55,595 nt of DNA from an uncultured Pseudomonadota bacterium (GTDB taxonomy: Bacteria > Pseudomonadota > Alphaproteobacteria > Rs-D84 > CASDRH01): assembly GCA_949283075.1 (NCBI GenBank), contig CASDRH010000029.1, forward strand, positions 1 to 55,595. Direction: 5' to 3'. The position numbers were made by a program, and so were the translations under genes. How positions within the stretch are numbered: the first letter of the stretch is position 1; each line of letters opens with the position of its first letter. Shown here piece after piece: positions 1 through 11,592 of the stretch. The notes below the pieces were generated by a model, which was not told where the DNA came from, searched no databases, and saw only the letters and a list, made by a program, of their open reading frames with translations.

Positions 1-261
1 AACACGACGTCCTGGTGTTGATACGCGTTCAATTTTCTTTATTACGTTTTCGCCTTTGTAATATTTTAAAACAATAGTGATTTCATTTACACCTTTGCGA
101 ACTTCTTCAACAGAATAATCTGTTATAAATCCTTCGTTCTTCAAAACATCAAGAACAGATCTTCTTAATAAAGAGTCTGGTGTTTTAACATATGCTTTTT
201 TAGCCATACCACCATTTCTTATTCTTGCTATCATATCACCGATTGTATCTGTAATTGTCAT
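1..261 (-). CDS. rpsH: 30S ribosomal protein S8, N-terminal part only (gene runs off the window edge)
   Basis: Reverse translation from the ATG (complement of 259-261) gives MTITDTIGDMIARIRNGGMAKK...VSTPGRRV, a typical S8. It lies downstream of rpsN as in the spc operon. Confidence 0.9.
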   Translation of the reverse strand, partial: MTITDTIGDMIARIRNGGMAKKAYVKTPDSLLRRSVLDVLKNEGFITDYSVEEVRKGVNEITIVLKYYKGENVIKKIERVSTPGRRV

Positions 262-297
262 TATTTTTTCCTTTTACTTTTGTTATACAATTTTTAA

Positions 298-603
298 TTA
301 CCAACTTGATTTACGTACTCCTGGAAGTAAGCCTTGGCTTGCTAATTGACGTAATGCAATTCTGCTGATTTTAAATCTTCTGTAAAATCCGTGTGGACGA
401 CCTGTAATCATACAACGATTTCTGATTCTTACTGGGTTTGCATTTCTTGGCAATTTAGCAAGTTTTAAATTTGCTTTGAAAATTTCTTCTGGTTGAGCAT
501 TTCTATCACGAGCAATTTTTAACAATGCAGTTCTTTTATTATAAAGACTTTTGCTTAAAGCAATTCTGCGGTTGTTTTTATTTATCATAGATTTTTTTGC
601 CAT
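298..603 (-). CDS. rpsN: 30S ribosomal protein S14
   Basis: 101 aa ending RNRCxxTGRPHGxYRxFxxSRIxxR...W, and in the expected operon position. Confidence 0.95.
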   Translation of the reverse strand: MAKKSMINKNNRRIALSKSLYNKRTALLKIARDRNAQPEEIFKANLKLAKLPRNANPVRIRNRCMITGRPHGFYRRFKISRIALRQLASQGLLPGVRKSSW

Positions 604-618
604 TTACAATATCCTTTA

Positions 619-1170
619 TTATTTTATATCGTTGTAAAATGGGAAGTTAAAAGCATCTAATAAAGCTTTTGCTTCCTTGTTTGTTTTTGCAGTTGTACAA
701 ATTACAATGTCCATACCGCGAATTTTATCAATTTTATCAAAATCAATTTCTGGGAAAATGATATGTTCTTTAATTCCAAATGCATAATTTCCTTTTCCAT
801 CAAAACTACGAGCATTTAAACCACGGAAGTCTTTTGTTCTTGGTAATGCTATATTTATTAATCTGTCCAAGAAATTATACATCATATCTTTTCTTAATGT
901 TACTTTTGCTCCGATTGGCAAACCTGCTCTTAATTTAAATGCAGCAATTGATTTTTTTGATTTACATACAACAGGTTTTTGACCAGAAATTAATGATAAA
1001 TCTTCAACTGCTGAATCAATTGCTTTTTTATCATCAACTGCTTCACCAACACCCATATTCAAAACTATTTTTGTTAGCTTTGGAACAGCTAAATCGCTTT
1101 TAAAACCTAATTTTGTTTTTAATTCAGGTCTTATTTTTTTCTCATAAACTTCTTTTAATCTTGCGACCAT
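619..1170 (-). CDS. rplE: 50S ribosomal protein L5
   Basis: 183 aa. Contains the L5 signature NxGVGEA and lies in the spc operon order. Confidence 0.95.
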   Translation of the reverse strand: MVARLKEVYEKKIRPELKTKLGFKSDLAVPKLTKIVLNMGVGEAVDDKKAIDSAVEDLSLISGQKPVVCKSKKSIAAFKLRAGLPIGAKVTLRKDMMYNFLDRLINIALPRTKDFRGLNARSFDGKGNYAFGIKEHIIFPEIDFDKIDKIRGMDIVICTTAKTNKEAKALLDAFNFPFYNDIK

Positions 1171-1189
1171 TTTTACTTTCCTGTTTTAA

Positions 1190-1495
1190 TTAACCAATAA
1201 TTTCACCAGATTTTTTTGCAAATCTTACTTTTTTTCCATCCTTAATTTTATATCCAACACGGGTTGGCTTTCCGTCTTTTGGATCCATCAAAGAAACATT
1301 TGATACATCAATTGGCATTTCTTTTGTTATAATACCACCAGCATTCTCTTGGCCTGGTTTTTGATGTCTTTTAACTAAATTTATACCGGCAACAATAACC
1401 TTATTTTCTTTTGGCATAGCTTTTAAAACTTTGCCTTTTTTTCCTTTATATTTACCAGTTAAAATTATAACATCATCATTCTTTTTTATTTTCAT
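1190..1495 (-). CDS. rplX: 50S ribosomal protein L24
   Basis: 101 aa. KKxDxVxxxxGKxKGKxGKV KOW motif and operon order. Confidence 0.95.
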   Translation of the reverse strand: MKIKKNDDVIILTGKYKGKKGKVLKAMPKENKVIVAGINLVKRHQKPGQENAGGIITKEMPIDVSNVSLMDPKDGKPTRVGYKIKDGKKVRFAKKSGEIIG

Positions 1496-1528
1496 TTTTG
1501 CACCACTTTATTTATTTTATTGCAAATT

Positions 1529-1897
1529 TTACACAACTTCTGGAGCAAGAGACATTATCTTTTGGAAATTTTTGTCTTTTAACTCACGTGCGACTGGACC
1601 AAATACACGAGTTCCAATCATTTCTTTACTGTTATTCAACAACACTGCAGCGTTTGTGTCAAATTTTAATGTAACACCGTCAGGTCTTTGAATTGCTTTT
1701 TTTGTTCTTACTATAACAGCTTTATATACTTTTCCTTTTTCTACTTTACCTTTTGGAATAGCTGTTTTTACAGAAACAACAATAATATCACCAACACCAG
1801 CATATCTACGTTTTGAACCACCCAATACTTTTATACATTGGATTTTCTTTGCACCGGAGTTATCAGCGGCATCAAGCACACTTTGCATTTGTATCAT
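1529..1897 (-). CDS. rplN: 50S ribosomal protein L14
   Basis: 122 aa starting MIQMQSxLxxADNSGAK, which is highly conserved in L14. Confidence 0.97.
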   Translation of the reverse strand: MIQMQSVLDAADNSGAKKIQCIKVLGGSKRRYAGVGDIIVVSVKTAIPKGKVEKGKVYKAVIVRTKKAIQRPDGVTLKFDTNAAVLLNNSKEMIGTRVFGPVARELKDKNFQKIMSLAPEVV

Positions 1898-1899
1898 AA

Positions 1900-2169
1900 T
1901 TATTCCTTTGCTTGTTTATTTTCTTTACTTTTCTTTACACTTCCTTCGACCACAACCCATTTTACTGTTTTTGAAATAGGTTTGCTTTCGATAATGCTTA
2001 CTGTATCACCTACTTGAATATCTGCATTTTCGTTATGAGCGTGATACTTTTTATTTATTTTAATAAACTTTTTATACAAAGGATGTTTTTCACGACGAAT
2101 AACTTCTACAGTTATTGTATTTTGCATCTTTGTACTTTTAACGATTCCTTGTAATACTCTTCTTGGCAT
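1900..2169 (-). CDS. rpsQ: 30S ribosomal protein S17
   Basis: 89 aa. VxSxKMxxTxxVxV...HPxYxK pattern and operon order. Confidence 0.93.
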   Translation of the reverse strand: MPRRVLQGIVKSTKMQNTITVEVIRREKHPLYKKFIKINKKYHAHNENADIQVGDTVSIIESKPISKTVKWVVVEGSVKKSKENKQAKE

Positions 2170-2184
2170 ATCTATATTCCATTA

Positions 2185-2394
2185 TTATTTTGTTTTATTA
2201 TTATTTGCATTTAAAAATGTTTTTAATCTTGCAATATTTTTTCTAGTCTTTGAAATAGATGAAACATCTTTCAATTGACCAGTTGTTAATTCAAATCGCA
2301 TTTTCATCATATCTTTTTTCATAGATAAGATTTGTGCTTTTAACTCTTCTGCACTAGCGGTTTTCATTTTTAAAATATCTGCATTACTTTTCAT
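2185..2394 (-). CDS. rpmC: 50S ribosomal protein L29
   Basis: 69 aa helical protein between rplP and rpsQ. Confidence 0.88.
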   Translation of the reverse strand: MKSNADILKMKTASAEELKAQILSMKKDMMKMRFELTTGQLKDVSSISKTRKNIARLKTFLNANNNKTK

Positions 2395-2415
2395 TTTCTT
2401 ACCTTTTTAAATTTA

Positions 2416-2832
2416 TTATGCAACTTCTGCACGTGTTACAATTTTTGTTTTTATTGGCAATTTATATTTTGCAAGCTCAAAACATTCTCGAGCAATTTCT
2501 TCACTTACACCATCAAGTTCAAATATAATTCTACCTGGTTGAACTCTTGCAACCCAATATTCAACAGTTCCTTTACCTTTACCTTGACGAACTCCAATTG
2601 CTTTCGCTGTAACTGGAACATCAGGGAATATACGAATCCATAATTTACCTTGTCTTTTCATTGCTCTTGTAATTGCACGACGAGCAGCTTCAATTTGGCG
2701 TGATGTGATACGTTCTGGTTCTAATGCTTTTAAACCATATGAACCAAAGATTAAAGTATATCCAGCTTTTGCATCACCGTGAATTCTACCTTTGTGTTGT
2801 TTTCTATATTTTGTTCTTTTTGGTAATAACAT
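2416..2832 (-). CDS. rplP: 50S ribosomal protein L16
   Basis: 138 aa starting [16 protein letters not shown], the L16 signature. Confidence 0.97.
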   Translation of the reverse strand: MLLPKRTKYRKQHKGRIHGDAKAGYTLIFGSYGLKALEPERITSRQIEAARRAITRAMKRQGKLWIRIFPDVPVTAKAIGVRQGKGKGTVEYWVARVQPGRIIFELDGVSEEIARECFELAKYKLPIKTKIVTRAEVA

Positions 2833-2850
2833 TTTTATTTCCTTTTTATA

Positions 2851-3531
2851 TTATGCTGTTGCCAATGTTTGTGCATCAGTTTTATTATCCTTTAATTGTT
2901 CATCTTTTACAATATCACCTCTATAAATCCATACTTTAATACCGATGATACCGTATGTTGTATGAGCTTCTGCAAATCCATAATCTATATCAGCACGTAA
3001 TGTATGTAATGGAACTCTTCCTTCTTTGCTCCATTCTGTTCTTGCAATTTCAGCACCATTTAAACGGCCTGCACACATAACTTTAACACCTTTTGCACCC
3101 ATCTTTAATGATTGTTGAATTGCTTTTTTCATAGCTCTTTTATAAGAACCACGTTTTTCAATAGATGTCGCAATTTCCATTGCTGATATTTTAGCATCTA
3201 ATTCTGGTTTACGAACTTCAACAATATTTAAAACAACATCAGAAGATACAAATTTTTGTAAACCTTTTTTTAATACTTCTATATCTGCACCTTTTCTACC
3301 TATAATAATTCCAGGTTTTGCAGAGTATATTGTTATGTGAGCATTTTTTGTTGTTCTATCTATAGTAACTTCTGAAATGCCAGCATTTTTTAATTTTGTA
3401 TTAATATAATTTCTTATTTGCATATCTTCTTTTAATAATTCTGCATACTTATCTTTTGATGCGAACCATTTTGATGACCAAACTTTATTGATCTTTAAAC
3501 GCAAACTTAATGGATGAACTTTTTGTCCCAT
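2851..3531 (-). CDS. rpsC: 30S ribosomal protein S3
   Basis: 226 aa starting MGQKVHPxxxRL, with a KH domain pattern. Confidence 0.97.
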   Translation of the reverse strand: MGQKVHPLSLRLKINKVWSSKWFASKDKYAELLKEDMQIRNYINTKLKNAGISEVTIDRTTKNAHITIYSAKPGIIIGRKGADIEVLKKGLQKFVSSDVVLNIVEVRKPELDAKISAMEIATSIEKRGSYKRAMKKAIQQSLKMGAKGVKVMCAGRLNGAEIARTEWSKEGRVPLHTLRADIDYGFAEAHTTYGIIGIKVWIYRGDIVKDEQLKDNKTDAQTLATA

Positions 3532-3532
3532 A

Positions 3533-3982
3533 TTATTTTACCTCTGTTTCTTTTGTTTCTTTAACTTCTTGCTTTTTCGCATCTTTTTTTGTATTACGAG
3601 CTGGTAATACTTTTTCTTCCAATATGATTGTCATATTTGAAAAAGGTTTATTCATTCTGGAAGCAGTTCCCTTCCATCTATACATCAATCTTTTCATTAC
3701 TATTGATTTACCTACATATGCTTCTTTAACATATAGTTTATCAATATCTAATTTATGATTGTGTTCAGCATTAGCAATAGCAGACATTAATAATTTTTTT
3801 ACGTCTTTTGCTATTCTGCGTTGAGAAAATGTTAATTGTGCTATAGCTGCATCTGCTTTTAAACCACGTATTAATTTTGCCACTAAATTTAATTTTTGTG
3901 GAGATATACGTAGATATTTCGCAACTACACGAACCTCATTTTCTTTTATATTATAACGTCTTGTAGACATAGTTTTTTCCAT
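3533..3982 (-). CDS. rplV: 50S ribosomal protein L22 with a K/E-rich C-terminal extension
   Basis: 149 aa. Lies between rpsS and rpsC and has an ARYLRISPxKxxxVAxxIRG-type motif. Confidence 0.93.
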   Translation of the reverse strand: MEKTMSTRRYNIKENEVRVVAKYLRISPQKLNLVAKLIRGLKADAAIAQLTFSQRRIAKDVKKLLMSAIANAEHNHKLDIDKLYVKEAYVGKSIVMKRLMYRWKGTASRMNKPFSNMTIILEEKVLPARNTKKDAKKQEVKETKETEVK

Positions 3983-4005
3983 TGTTATCTACCTTCTTTA
4001 CTTTA

Positions 4006-4296
4006 TTATTTTCCACCACTTGGTTTTACATCTTTTCTATTTCCAGAATGACCTTTAAATGTTCTTGTTGGAGCAAACTCACCTAATCTATGTCCAACCA
4101 TATATTCATTAACAACTACTGGTATAAACTTATTTCCATTATGAACAGCAAATGTCATATCTACCATTTGAGGTATTATCATTGAAGCTCTGCTCCAAGT
4201 TTTTATTGGTTTCTTACTGTTCTGTTCAATAGCCCTTTCAACATGTTTCAATAATGATGGATGTATATATGGACCTTTCCAAACTGATCTTGTCAT
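4006..4296 (-). CDS. rpsS: 30S ribosomal protein S19
   Basis: 96 aa starting [16 protein letters not shown], and containing [16 protein letters not shown]. Confidence 0.97.
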   Translation of the reverse strand: MTRSVWKGPYIHPSLLKHVERAIEQNSKKPIKTWSRASMIIPQMVDMTFAVHNGNKFIPVVVNEYMVGHRLGEFAPTRTFKGHSGNRKDVKPSGGK

Positions 4297-4309
4297 TTTT
4301 TATACCTTT

Positions 4310-5143
4310 TTATTTCTTTTTTGCTTTATGTCTTGTTGTTAAAATAAATTTATCTGTTCTTTTATTTTTTCTTGTCTTATAACCTTTAGCTTTTACACCT
4401 GTACGAGATACTGGATGCTTACCAAATGTTTTACCATTACCTCCTCCGTGTGGGTGGTCTATAGGGTTCATAGCTGTACCACGAGTATGTGGACGAATAC
4501 CCATTAATCTTGAACGGCCAGCTTTACCCAATTTTACGTTTCTGTTATCTGCATTTGATACAGCACCAATTGTTGCATAACAATCTGCACTTACAACTCT
4601 TAATTCTCCAGAGTTTAATTTAATCTGAGCGTATCCTGCATCTTTACCTGCTAATCCAGCATAACAGCCAGCTGCTCTTGCTATTTGTCCACCAGAACCA
4701 ACTTTCATTTCTATATTATGAATTGTTGTTCCAATAGGAATATTCTTTAATGGTAATGCATTACCTGGTTTTATATCAGCATTTTCACTTGCTATTATTT
4801 TATCACCAATGCTTAATCTTTGAGGTGCTAAAATATAAGATAATGTTCCATCTTCATATTTAATTAAAGCGATGAATGCTGTTCTGTTTGGATCATATTC
4901 TATACGTTCAACAGTAGCAAATATATCTCTTTTTAATCTTTTAAAATCAACTAAACGATAACGTTTCTTCACACCTCCACCAACATTTACTGCTGTTAGG
5001 CGACCCATATTGTTACGTCCACCAGTTTTACGTAAGCCAACTGTTAGGCTTTTAACAGGTTTACCAGAATATAAATCGCTTCTATCGATTAAAACTAAGC
5101 CTCTTAATCCTGCAGTTGTTGGTTTATATGTTTTCAATGCCAT
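4310..5143 (-). CDS. rplB: 50S ribosomal protein L2
   Basis: 277 aa containing MNPxDHPHGGGxG, the L2 signature. Confidence 0.97.
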   Translation of the reverse strand: MALKTYKPTTAGLRGLVLIDRSDLYSGKPVKSLTVGLRKTGGRNNMGRLTAVNVGGGVKKRYRLVDFKRLKRDIFATVERIEYDPNRTAFIALIKYEDGTLSYILAPQRLSIGDKIIASENADIKPGNALPLKNIPIGTTIHNIEMKVGSGGQIARAAGCYAGLAGKDAGYAQIKLNSGELRVVSADCYATIGAVSNADNRNVKLGKAGRSRLMGIRPHTRGTAMNPIDHPHGGGNGKTFGKHPVSRTGVKAKGYKTRKNKRTDKFILTTRHKAKKK

Positions 5144-5163
5144 TTTCTTTTACCTTTTTATTT

Positions 5164-5508
5164 TTATTTTATACCTGCAAAAATATCAATATTTGCATCT
5201 TTTTCAAGTGTTATATATGCTTTTTTAATATCTGAACGACATCCTTTAACACCACGGAAAGATTTTATTTTTCCTTTTTTAATTAAAGTATTTACTGATA
5301 CAACTTGAACTCCGTATATAGCAGTAATAGCGTTCATAATATCTTTTTTTGTAGCTTTCATATCAACTTCAAAAACAACTTTACCATTTTCAGCAACATT
5401 TGTTGTTTTTTCAGTAATCAAAGGTCTTTTTAAAACACTGTAAGCCTTTTCTGTCAATTCAGCTTTTAAAACTTTTGTAGCTTTTACATTTTTTGTTTCT
5501 TTTGCCAT
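5164..5508 (-). CDS. rplW: 50S ribosomal protein L23
   Basis: 114 aa between rplD and rplB. Contains an LxxPxxTEK motif. Confidence 0.9.
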   Translation of the reverse strand: MAKETKNVKATKVLKAELTEKAYSVLKRPLITEKTTNVAENGKVVFEVDMKATKKDIMNAITAIYGVQVVSVNTLIKKGKIKSFRGVKGCRSDIKKAYITLEKDANIDIFAGIK

Positions 5509-5526
5509 AATTTTCTACCAGTTTTT

Positions 5527-6213
5527 TTATTTTTCTACTTTCTTTGATTTTGAAGATTTAGTATCTGCAGATTTAACTCCAACTTTTTGATATTTTACAA
5601 ATCTTGCAATTATACCTTCTAAACCTTCTTTTGTTATTAAAATATTTTTATGTTTTAAAATATCATAAACATTTGCACCTTCTGCTGGAATTATATCAAC
5701 TTCTTTTAAATTTCTTACAGCTGTTGCAAAATTTACATCTTCATCTTTTTTTGTAATAAATAAAGGTTTTACTACATTCATTTTTTCAATTTTGTCAGCA
5801 ATTGCTTTTGTTTTTACAGATTCTGTTTTAATGCTATCAACTATACATAAAACACCATCTTTTACTTTTGCTGATAAAGCCATTTTTAACCCTAATGCAC
5901 GAACTTTCTTTTGTAAATCATATCCGTGATCACGAACAACTGGTCCGAATACAACAGCACCACCACGCATTTGAGGTGAACGCATAGAACCTTGACGAGC
6001 TCTACCTGTACCTTTTTGACGGAAAGGTTTCTTTGTTGTACCCATAATATCGCTTATTGTTTTTGATGCATGAGTACCGGCACGACGTTTTGATAACTGC
6101 CATTTTACTACAGCATGCAAAATATCCTTTCTTGGTTCAATACCAAAAATATCTGATGACAATTCTTCTTGCCCAACTACTTTATTATCTAATGATCTAA
6201 TATCAACTTTCAT
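5527..6213 (-). CDS. rplD: 50S ribosomal protein L4
   Basis: 228 aa. KGTGRARxGSxRSPxxRGG motif. Confidence 0.95.
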   Translation of the reverse strand: MKVDIRSLDNKVVGQEELSSDIFGIEPRKDILHAVVKWQLSKRRAGTHASKTISDIMGTTKKPFRQKGTGRARQGSMRSPQMRGGAVVFGPVVRDHGYDLQKKVRALGLKMALSAKVKDGVLCIVDSIKTESVKTKAIADKIEKMNVVKPLFITKKDEDVNFATAVRNLKEVDIIPAEGANVYDILKHKNILITKEGLEGIIARFVKYQKVGVKSADTKSSKSKKVEK

Positions 6214-6231
6214 TTTGCATCCTTTTTAGTA

Positions 6232-6876
6232 TTATTTTTTTGCAGTCTTTTTTTCAGAATCTTTTATAAATACAAAACTTTTCTTTGCACCAGGAACTGC
6301 ACCTTTTACGAATAATAAATTATTTTCTGTATCTATTTCTATAACTTTTAAATTTTGAACTGTAACTGTTTCATTTCCCCAGTGTCCAGCCATCTTTTTA
6401 CCTTTAAATGTTTTTCCTGGATCTTGTCTTTGACCAGTAGATCCATGAGAACGATGAGCTTTTAAAACACCGTGAGACGCTTCAAGTCCACGGAAATTCC
6501 ATCTACGCATAGGACCAGCAAATCCTTTACCAATTGATGTTCCTTGAACATCTACAAAAGCTCCTTTTTCAAAATGAGCAACACTTAAAACATCTCCAAC
6601 ATTTAATATCGAATCACCTGATACTCTGAATTCTTTTACTTTTTCAGCAGGTTTTGTTCCAGCTTTTTGATGTGCTATCAATTGAGGTTTATTTGTGTGT
6701 TTATCTTTTCTTTCACCATAACCTAATTGAACTGCATTATATCCATCTTTTTCATCTGTTTTGACAGCTAAAACACGACAGTTATCAAGTTTCAAGACTG
6801 TTACAGGTACATGTGCACCAACTTCATCGAACAATCTTGTCATTCCTAATTTTTGTGCTATAACGCCCGTTCTCAT
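6232..6876 (-). CDS. rplC: 50S ribosomal protein L3
   Basis: 214 aa starting MRTGVIAxKxGMT, and containing FKGxxMAGHxGxxxVTxQNL. Confidence 0.96.
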   Translation of the reverse strand: MRTGVIAQKLGMTRLFDEVGAHVPVTVLKLDNCRVLAVKTDEKDGYNAVQLGYGERKDKHTNKPQLIAHQKAGTKPAEKVKEFRVSGDSILNVGDVLSVAHFEKGAFVDVQGTSIGKGFAGPMRRWNFRGLEASHGVLKAHRSHGSTGQRQDPGKTFKGKKMAGHWGNETVTVQNLKVIEIDTENNLLFVKGAVPGAKKSFVFIKDSEKKTAKK

Positions 6877-6887
6877 TATCTTGCCCC

Positions 6888-7196
6888 TTATAATTCTATT
6901 TTTATTTCTACACCTGATGGTAAATCTAATTTCATCAATCCATCAACTGTTTGTGGTGTTGGTTCTATAATATCAATAACTCTTTTATGAGTTCTTATTT
7001 CAAACTGCTCACGAGATGTTTTGTAAATATGATAACTCTTGTTAACAGTAAAAATTTCTTTTTTCATAGGTAAAGGAATTGGTCCGCGGACACTTGCCCC
7101 TGTTCTTTTGGCTGTATTTACAATTTCTTTTGTAGATTCATCCAAAACATTATTATCAAAAGATCTTAATTTTATCCTTATATTTGAATTTATCAT
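6888..7196 (-). CDS. rpsJ: 30S ribosomal protein S10
   Basis: 102 aa. IRIKLxxFD...GPIPLP motif. It is the first gene of the S10 operon. Confidence 0.96.
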   Translation of the reverse strand: MINSNIRIKLRSFDNNVLDESTKEIVNTAKRTGASVRGPIPLPMKKEIFTVNKSYHIYKTSREQFEIRTHKRVIDIIEPTPQTVDGLMKLDLPSGVEIKIEL

Positions 7197-7251
7197 TTTA
7201 TTCCTTTATATTTTGTAAGCAGTAATTTTTATACTCAACTTAATAAAAAAT

Positions 7252-7291
7252 CAACAAAAAAATGAATCAATTTAAATTTTTTTGATTCATT
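7252..7291 (-). terminator. Rho-independent terminator or attenuator hairpin between fusA and rpsJ
   Basis: AATGAATCAA (7261-7270) pairs with TTGATTCATT (7282-7291). On the minus strand the hairpin is followed by TTTTTTGTTG. Confidence 0.55.
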
Positions 7292-7297
7292 TCTTTA

Positions 7298-9385
7298 TTA
7301 TTTACCTTCTCCTTTACTTTTTGCAATAATTTCTTCTGCAACATTACTTGGAACATCAGCATAATTTGAGAATATCATTGTATACTGTGCTCTACCTTGG
7401 CTCATAGAACGCAATGTGTTAACATAACCGAACATATTTGCCAAAGGAACTTTTGCAGAAATTAACTTTGCATTTCCTTGAGAATCCATATTTGCAACCT
7501 GACCACGACGTGAGTTAATATCTCCGATAATATCACCCATATATTCTTCAGGGGTAACAATTTCAACAGCCATAATTGGTTCTAAAATTTTAGGAGCAGC
7601 TTGAGGAATACCTTCACGGAAGGCTGCACGAGCCGCAATTTCGAATGCTAATGTAGAAGAGTCAACTTCGTGATAAGCACCATCAACCAATGTTACTTTG
7701 AAATCTGTACATGGATATCCTGCTAATACACCTGTAGCCATTGCAGATTTTAAACCTTTTTCAACACCTGGAATGTATTCTTTTGGAACAGCTCCACCAA
7801 CTATTTGGCTTTCGAATACAAATCCTGAACCTGATGGTAATGGTTCAAATAACAAATCAACTTTAGCAAATTGTCCAGAACCACCACTCTGCTTTTTATG
7901 AGTATAACTTTCTTTAAATGATTTTCCAATTGTTTCACGGTATGCAACTTGTGGAGCTCCAACATTTGCATCAACTTTGAATTCTCTTTTCATACGATCA
8001 ACAATAATTTCCAAATGCAATTCTCCCATTCCTTTAATTATTGTTTGACCAGATTCTGTATCAACCGAAACTTTGAAAGATGGGTCTTCCATAGCTAAAC
8101 GTTGTAATGCTAACCCCATTTTTTCAACATCTGCTTTTGTTTTTGGTTCAACAGCAACTTCAATAACAGGTTCTGGGAATTCCATTTTTTCTAAAATAAT
8201 AGGATTTGCTGGATCACATAATGTATCACCTGTTGTAGTATCTTTTAAACCAACTAATGCAATAATATCACCTGCATAAGCTTCTTTTATATCTTCACGG
8301 TTATTAGCATGCATTAATAACATACGACCAACACGTTCTTTTTCTTCTTTTACAGAGTTGTAAACATATGAACCTGCCTCTATTTTACCAGAATAAACAC
8401 GAGCAAATGTTAATGAACCAACATATGTATCATTCATAATTTTGAATGCTAAAATTGATAAATGCTCATCATCTGCATTTCTTCTTGTTTCTGGTTGGTC
8501 ATTTTTAGGATTTATACCTTGGACTGCTGGAATATCAACAGGTGAAGGCAAGAAATCAACAACTGCATCTAACAATGGCTGAACACCTTTATTTTTGAAT
8601 GAACTTCCACATAATACTGGAACAAAAGCCATTGAAATTGTTCCTTTACGAATACATTTTTTCAAAGTTTCGATTGATGGCTCTGTTCCATTTAAATAAG
8701 CTTCCATTGCTTCATCATCTTGTTCAACAGCTAATTCAATCATTTTTTGACGAGCTTCTTCAACTTCAGCTTTCATATTTTCTGGAACTTCTTGTTCTTC
8801 GTATGAAGCACCTAAATCTTCGTTTTTCCAAACTAAAGCTTTATTCTTTATTAAATCAACAACTCCTATGAAGTCAGCTTCTTTACCGATTGGAACTTGG
8901 ATAGGTAATGGTGTAGCACCCAATCTATCTTTAATCATAAATACACAATTATTAAAGTCAGCTCCAATACGATCCATTTTGTTTATGAAACACATTTTTG
9001 GAACTTTGTATTTATCAGCTTGTCTCCAAACTGTTTCTGATTGTGGTTGAACGCCTGATACAGATTCAAAAACAGCAACTGCACCGTCTAAAACACGCAA
9101 TGATCTTTCAACTTCAACTGTAAAGTCAACGTGCCCCGGCGTGTCTATAATATTTATTCTATGGTCATTCCAGAAACAAGTTGTAGCAGCAGAAGTAATT
9201 GTGATACCTCTTTCTTGTTCTTGTTCCATCCAGTCCATTGTTGCTGCACCTTCGTGAACTTCTCCTATTTTATGAGATTTTCCTGTATAATATAAGATTC
9301 TTTCTGTTGTAGTTGTTTTACCCGCATCAATATGCGCCATAATTCCTATATTTCTGTATTTTTCAATCGGTTTACTTCTTGGCAT
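7298..9385 (-). CDS. fusA: Elongation factor G
   Basis: 695 aa. Contains [19 protein letters not shown] and DTPGHVDF, and has full-length EF-G architecture. Confidence 0.98.
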   Translation of the reverse strand: MPRSKPIEKYRNIGIMAHIDAGKTTTTERILYYTGKSHKIGEVHEGAATMDWMEQEQERGITITSAATTCFWNDHRINIIDTPGHVDFTVEVERSLRVLDGAVAVFESVSGVQPQSETVWRQADKYKVPKMCFINKMDRIGADFNNCVFMIKDRLGATPLPIQVPIGKEADFIGVVDLIKNKALVWKNEDLGASYEEQEVPENMKAEVEEARQKMIELAVEQDDEAMEAYLNGTEPSIETLKKCIRKGTISMAFVPVLCGSSFKNKGVQPLLDAVVDFLPSPVDIPAVQGINPKNDQPETRRNADDEHLSILAFKIMNDTYVGSLTFARVYSGKIEAGSYVYNSVKEEKERVGRMLLMHANNREDIKEAYAGDIIALVGLKDTTTGDTLCDPANPIILEKMEFPEPVIEVAVEPKTKADVEKMGLALQRLAMEDPSFKVSVDTESGQTIIKGMGELHLEIIVDRMKREFKVDANVGAPQVAYRETIGKSFKESYTHKKQSGGSGQFAKVDLLFEPLPSGSGFVFESQIVGGAVPKEYIPGVEKGLKSAMATGVLAGYPCTDFKVTLVDGAYHEVDSSTLAFEIAARAAFREGIPQAAPKILEPIMAVEIVTPEEYMGDIIGDINSRRGQVANMDSQGNAKLISAKVPLANMFGYVNTLRSMSQGRAQYTMIFSNYADVPSNVAEEIIAKSKGEGK

Positions 9386-9413
9386 TGTTTTTATTCCACC
9401 TTTTCTTTGTTAA

Positions 9414-9890
9414 TTACCATCTAAAATGAGCAAATGCTTTATTTGCTTCAGCCATTTTGTGAACATCAATTCTTTTCTTAATTGCATTACCTGTATCGTT
9501 TAAGATATCTGCAAATTCTTTATAAAGCTTTTCGTCCATAGTTTTATCTTTTCTTGCACGTGCAGCATCAATAATCCAGCGGATTGCTAATGCTTGACGA
9601 CGACTTGCTCGAACTTCTGTTGGAACTTGATATGTTGCTCCTCCGATACGACGAGCTCTTACTTCCAATGTTGGTTTTACTTTATCGATGCATTCATTGA
9701 ATTTTTGAATAACTTCACCTGATTTTAATTTTAAATTCTTTTCCATTAAATCAAATGAAGAATATACGATTTTTTCTGCAACTGCTTTTTTTCCATCATA
9801 CATTAAAGAATTAACGAATTTTGCAACTACCAAATCCCCATATTTTGGGTCTGGATTAATTAATCTTTGTTTTGCTCTAGCTTTTCTCAT
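9414..9890 (-). CDS. rpsG: 30S ribosomal protein S7
   Basis: 158 aa in the str operon position, with the C-terminal AxAHFRW signature. Confidence 0.96.
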   Translation of the reverse strand: MRKARAKQRLINPDPKYGDLVVAKFVNSLMYDGKKAVAEKIVYSSFDLMEKNLKLKSGEVIQKFNECIDKVKPTLEVRARRIGGATYQVPTEVRASRRQALAIRWIIDAARARKDKTMDEKLYKEFADILNDTGNAIKKRIDVHKMAEANKAFAHFRW

Positions 9891-9912
9891 TTATAACACC
9901 TTTATAATAAAA

Positions 9913-10287
9913 TTATTCTTTTGGACGTTTTGCACCATATCCAGATCTTTGTTGACGACGTTTTGCAACACCTTGTGTATCTAATACACCTCTGATTATA
10001 TGATAACGAACACCTGGTAAGTCTTTAACACGTCCGCCTCTAATTAAAACAACCGAGTGTTCTTGCAAGTTATGCCCTTCACCCGGTATGTATGCTGTTA
10101 CTTCGAATCCATTTACTAATTTTACACGTGCAACCTTACGCAAAGCTGAATTAGGTTTTTTTGGTGTAGTTGTATAAACTCTTGTACAAACCCCACGTTT
10201 TTGTGGATTTTGTTTCATTGCAGGAACCTTTGTTTTAAAAACTTTGTCTTTTCTTGGTTTCCTAATTAATTGACAAATTGTTGGCAT
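9913..10287 (-). CDS. rpsL: 30S ribosomal protein S12
   Basis: 124 aa starting MPTIxQLIR, and containing [14 protein letters not shown]. Confidence 0.98.
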   Translation of the reverse strand: MPTICQLIRKPRKDKVFKTKVPAMKQNPQKRGVCTRVYTTTPKKPNSALRKVARVKLVNGFEVTAYIPGEGHNLQEHSVVLIRGGRVKDLPGVRYHIIRGVLDTQGVAKRRQQRSGYGAKRPKE

Positions 10288-10470
10288 ACTTTCTTTTCCT
10301 TTTATTATTTATATGCATATATGGGATTTACCCATTTTTGATGTATTCACATCTGTTTTATTAATAAAATTATTAATTGTATGATTGGATAGAAAAATTT
10401 ATAAAAAAGTCGTTTTGATATTAAAACGAATCAAAATTTAAAATTTTTCGTAATTTCATACGTGCGCTTG

Positions 10471-10499
10471 ATAGTAAGCTATCAGTATTTTTTTGTCAA
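10471..10499 (-). promoter_or_regulatory. Candidate sigma70-type promoter of the rpsL-rpsG-fusA operon
   Basis: On the minus strand it reads TTGACA (complement of 10494-10499), a 17 nt spacer, then TACTAT (complement of 10471-10476). It lies about 180 nt upstream of rpsL. Confidence 0.4.
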
Positions 10500-10669
10500 G
10501 TATTAAAATGTATTTTTAATCAAATTTTTGCATTTTTTTTATAATTTAAAAAAAATTTATGCAAAATAGATTCAGTTTTATATAATTTAATAATTAAATA
10601 GTATCATTTTTATAAAAATTTAGTTATAAAAAGAATCTGAAAATTAACAAAATAGATATGGAATAAATT

Positions 10670-11470
10670 ATGATATTAAAAAGAATAATTAAAAGAATTT
10701 GGCATTTGTTAACTGGTAAAGTTTTTGGAAGGTCTGAATATTTCCATTATACCGTTCTTGATAGTACTAATGACCACGCTAAAAGGTTAATAAATGCTTC
10801 TATTGTTAAAAAGTCTGCTGTTTTGATTGCTGATGTGCAGACTAATGGTAAAACTACTAAACACAATAAAGTTTGGCAAAGTCAGGAAGGTAATTTATAT
10901 ATTACTTTTATTTATAAAATTCAAAGTCATTATTTAAAAAATATGACTGTTTTATCTTCTGTTATTTCTGCTGCTATATTAAAGACTATATATTATTTTG
11001 CTGTATCACAGGATATTAAACTTACTAATGCTTATATTAAATGGCCAAATGATGTTTTTATAAATCATAAAAAAGTATCTGGAATTTTAATTGAAACAGA
11101 AGAATTTAATAACAATAATTATGTTATTATAGGTTCTGGTATAAATATATTACTTACTCCAATATTAAATGATGGTAAATTTGCAACTAGCTTATTTGAT
11201 GAAGGTATAATTGTATCTCCAGAAAAATTTGCAAAGGTTTATATCAGGTATTTAAAAGAATTATTAGAATTGTCATTAAATGATAAATATGAATATGTAA
11301 GAGATTATGTTGTTAAACACTCTTATAAAATAAATGAGTATATAACTATCAAAACAAAAGATAATACAAGAATTTCTGGTAAATTTGTTCATATTGATAA
11401 AAAAGGAGCTATGATATTAGAAACAAAAGAAGGTGAATTAAAAAGAATTGTTTATGGAAGATTAGAATAA
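10670..11470 (+). CDS. birA: Biotin-[acetyl-CoA-carboxylase] ligase, catalytic domain only (no N-terminal HTH)
   Basis: 266 aa. Contains YTVLDSTNDHAK, KWPNDVFINHKKVSGILIE and a C-terminal SH3-like tail. The glycine-rich biotin loop is degenerate. Confidence 0.75.
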   Translation: MILKRIIKRIWHLLTGKVFGRSEYFHYTVLDSTNDHAKRLINASIVKKSAVLIADVQTNGKTTKHNKVWQSQEGNLYITFIYKIQSHYLKNMTVLSSVISAAILKTIYYFAVSQDIKLTNAYIKWPNDVFINHKKVSGILIETEEFNNNNYVIIGSGINILLTPILNDGKFATSLFDEGIIVSPEKFAKVYIRYLKELLELSLNDKYEYVRDYVVKHSYKINEYITIKTKDNTRISGKFVHIDKKGAMILETKEGELKRIVYGRLE

Positions 11471-11500
11471 TTTTTATTTAATTTTATATCTTTGTATTAT

Positions 11501-11575
11501 GTAGTCATAGTTTAATGGATAAAACTTCGGTTTCCGGAACCGACAATGAGGGTTCGATTCCCCCTGACTGCGCCA
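11501..11575 (+). tRNA. tRNA-Arg (anticodon CCG)
   Basis: Manual cloverleaf fold. The acceptor stem is GTAGTCA/TGACTGC, the anticodon loop is TTCCGGA, the T-arm is GGTTCGATTCC, and CCA is encoded. Confidence 0.9.
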
Positions 11576-11592
11576 TTTGTGTAAATTATTAC

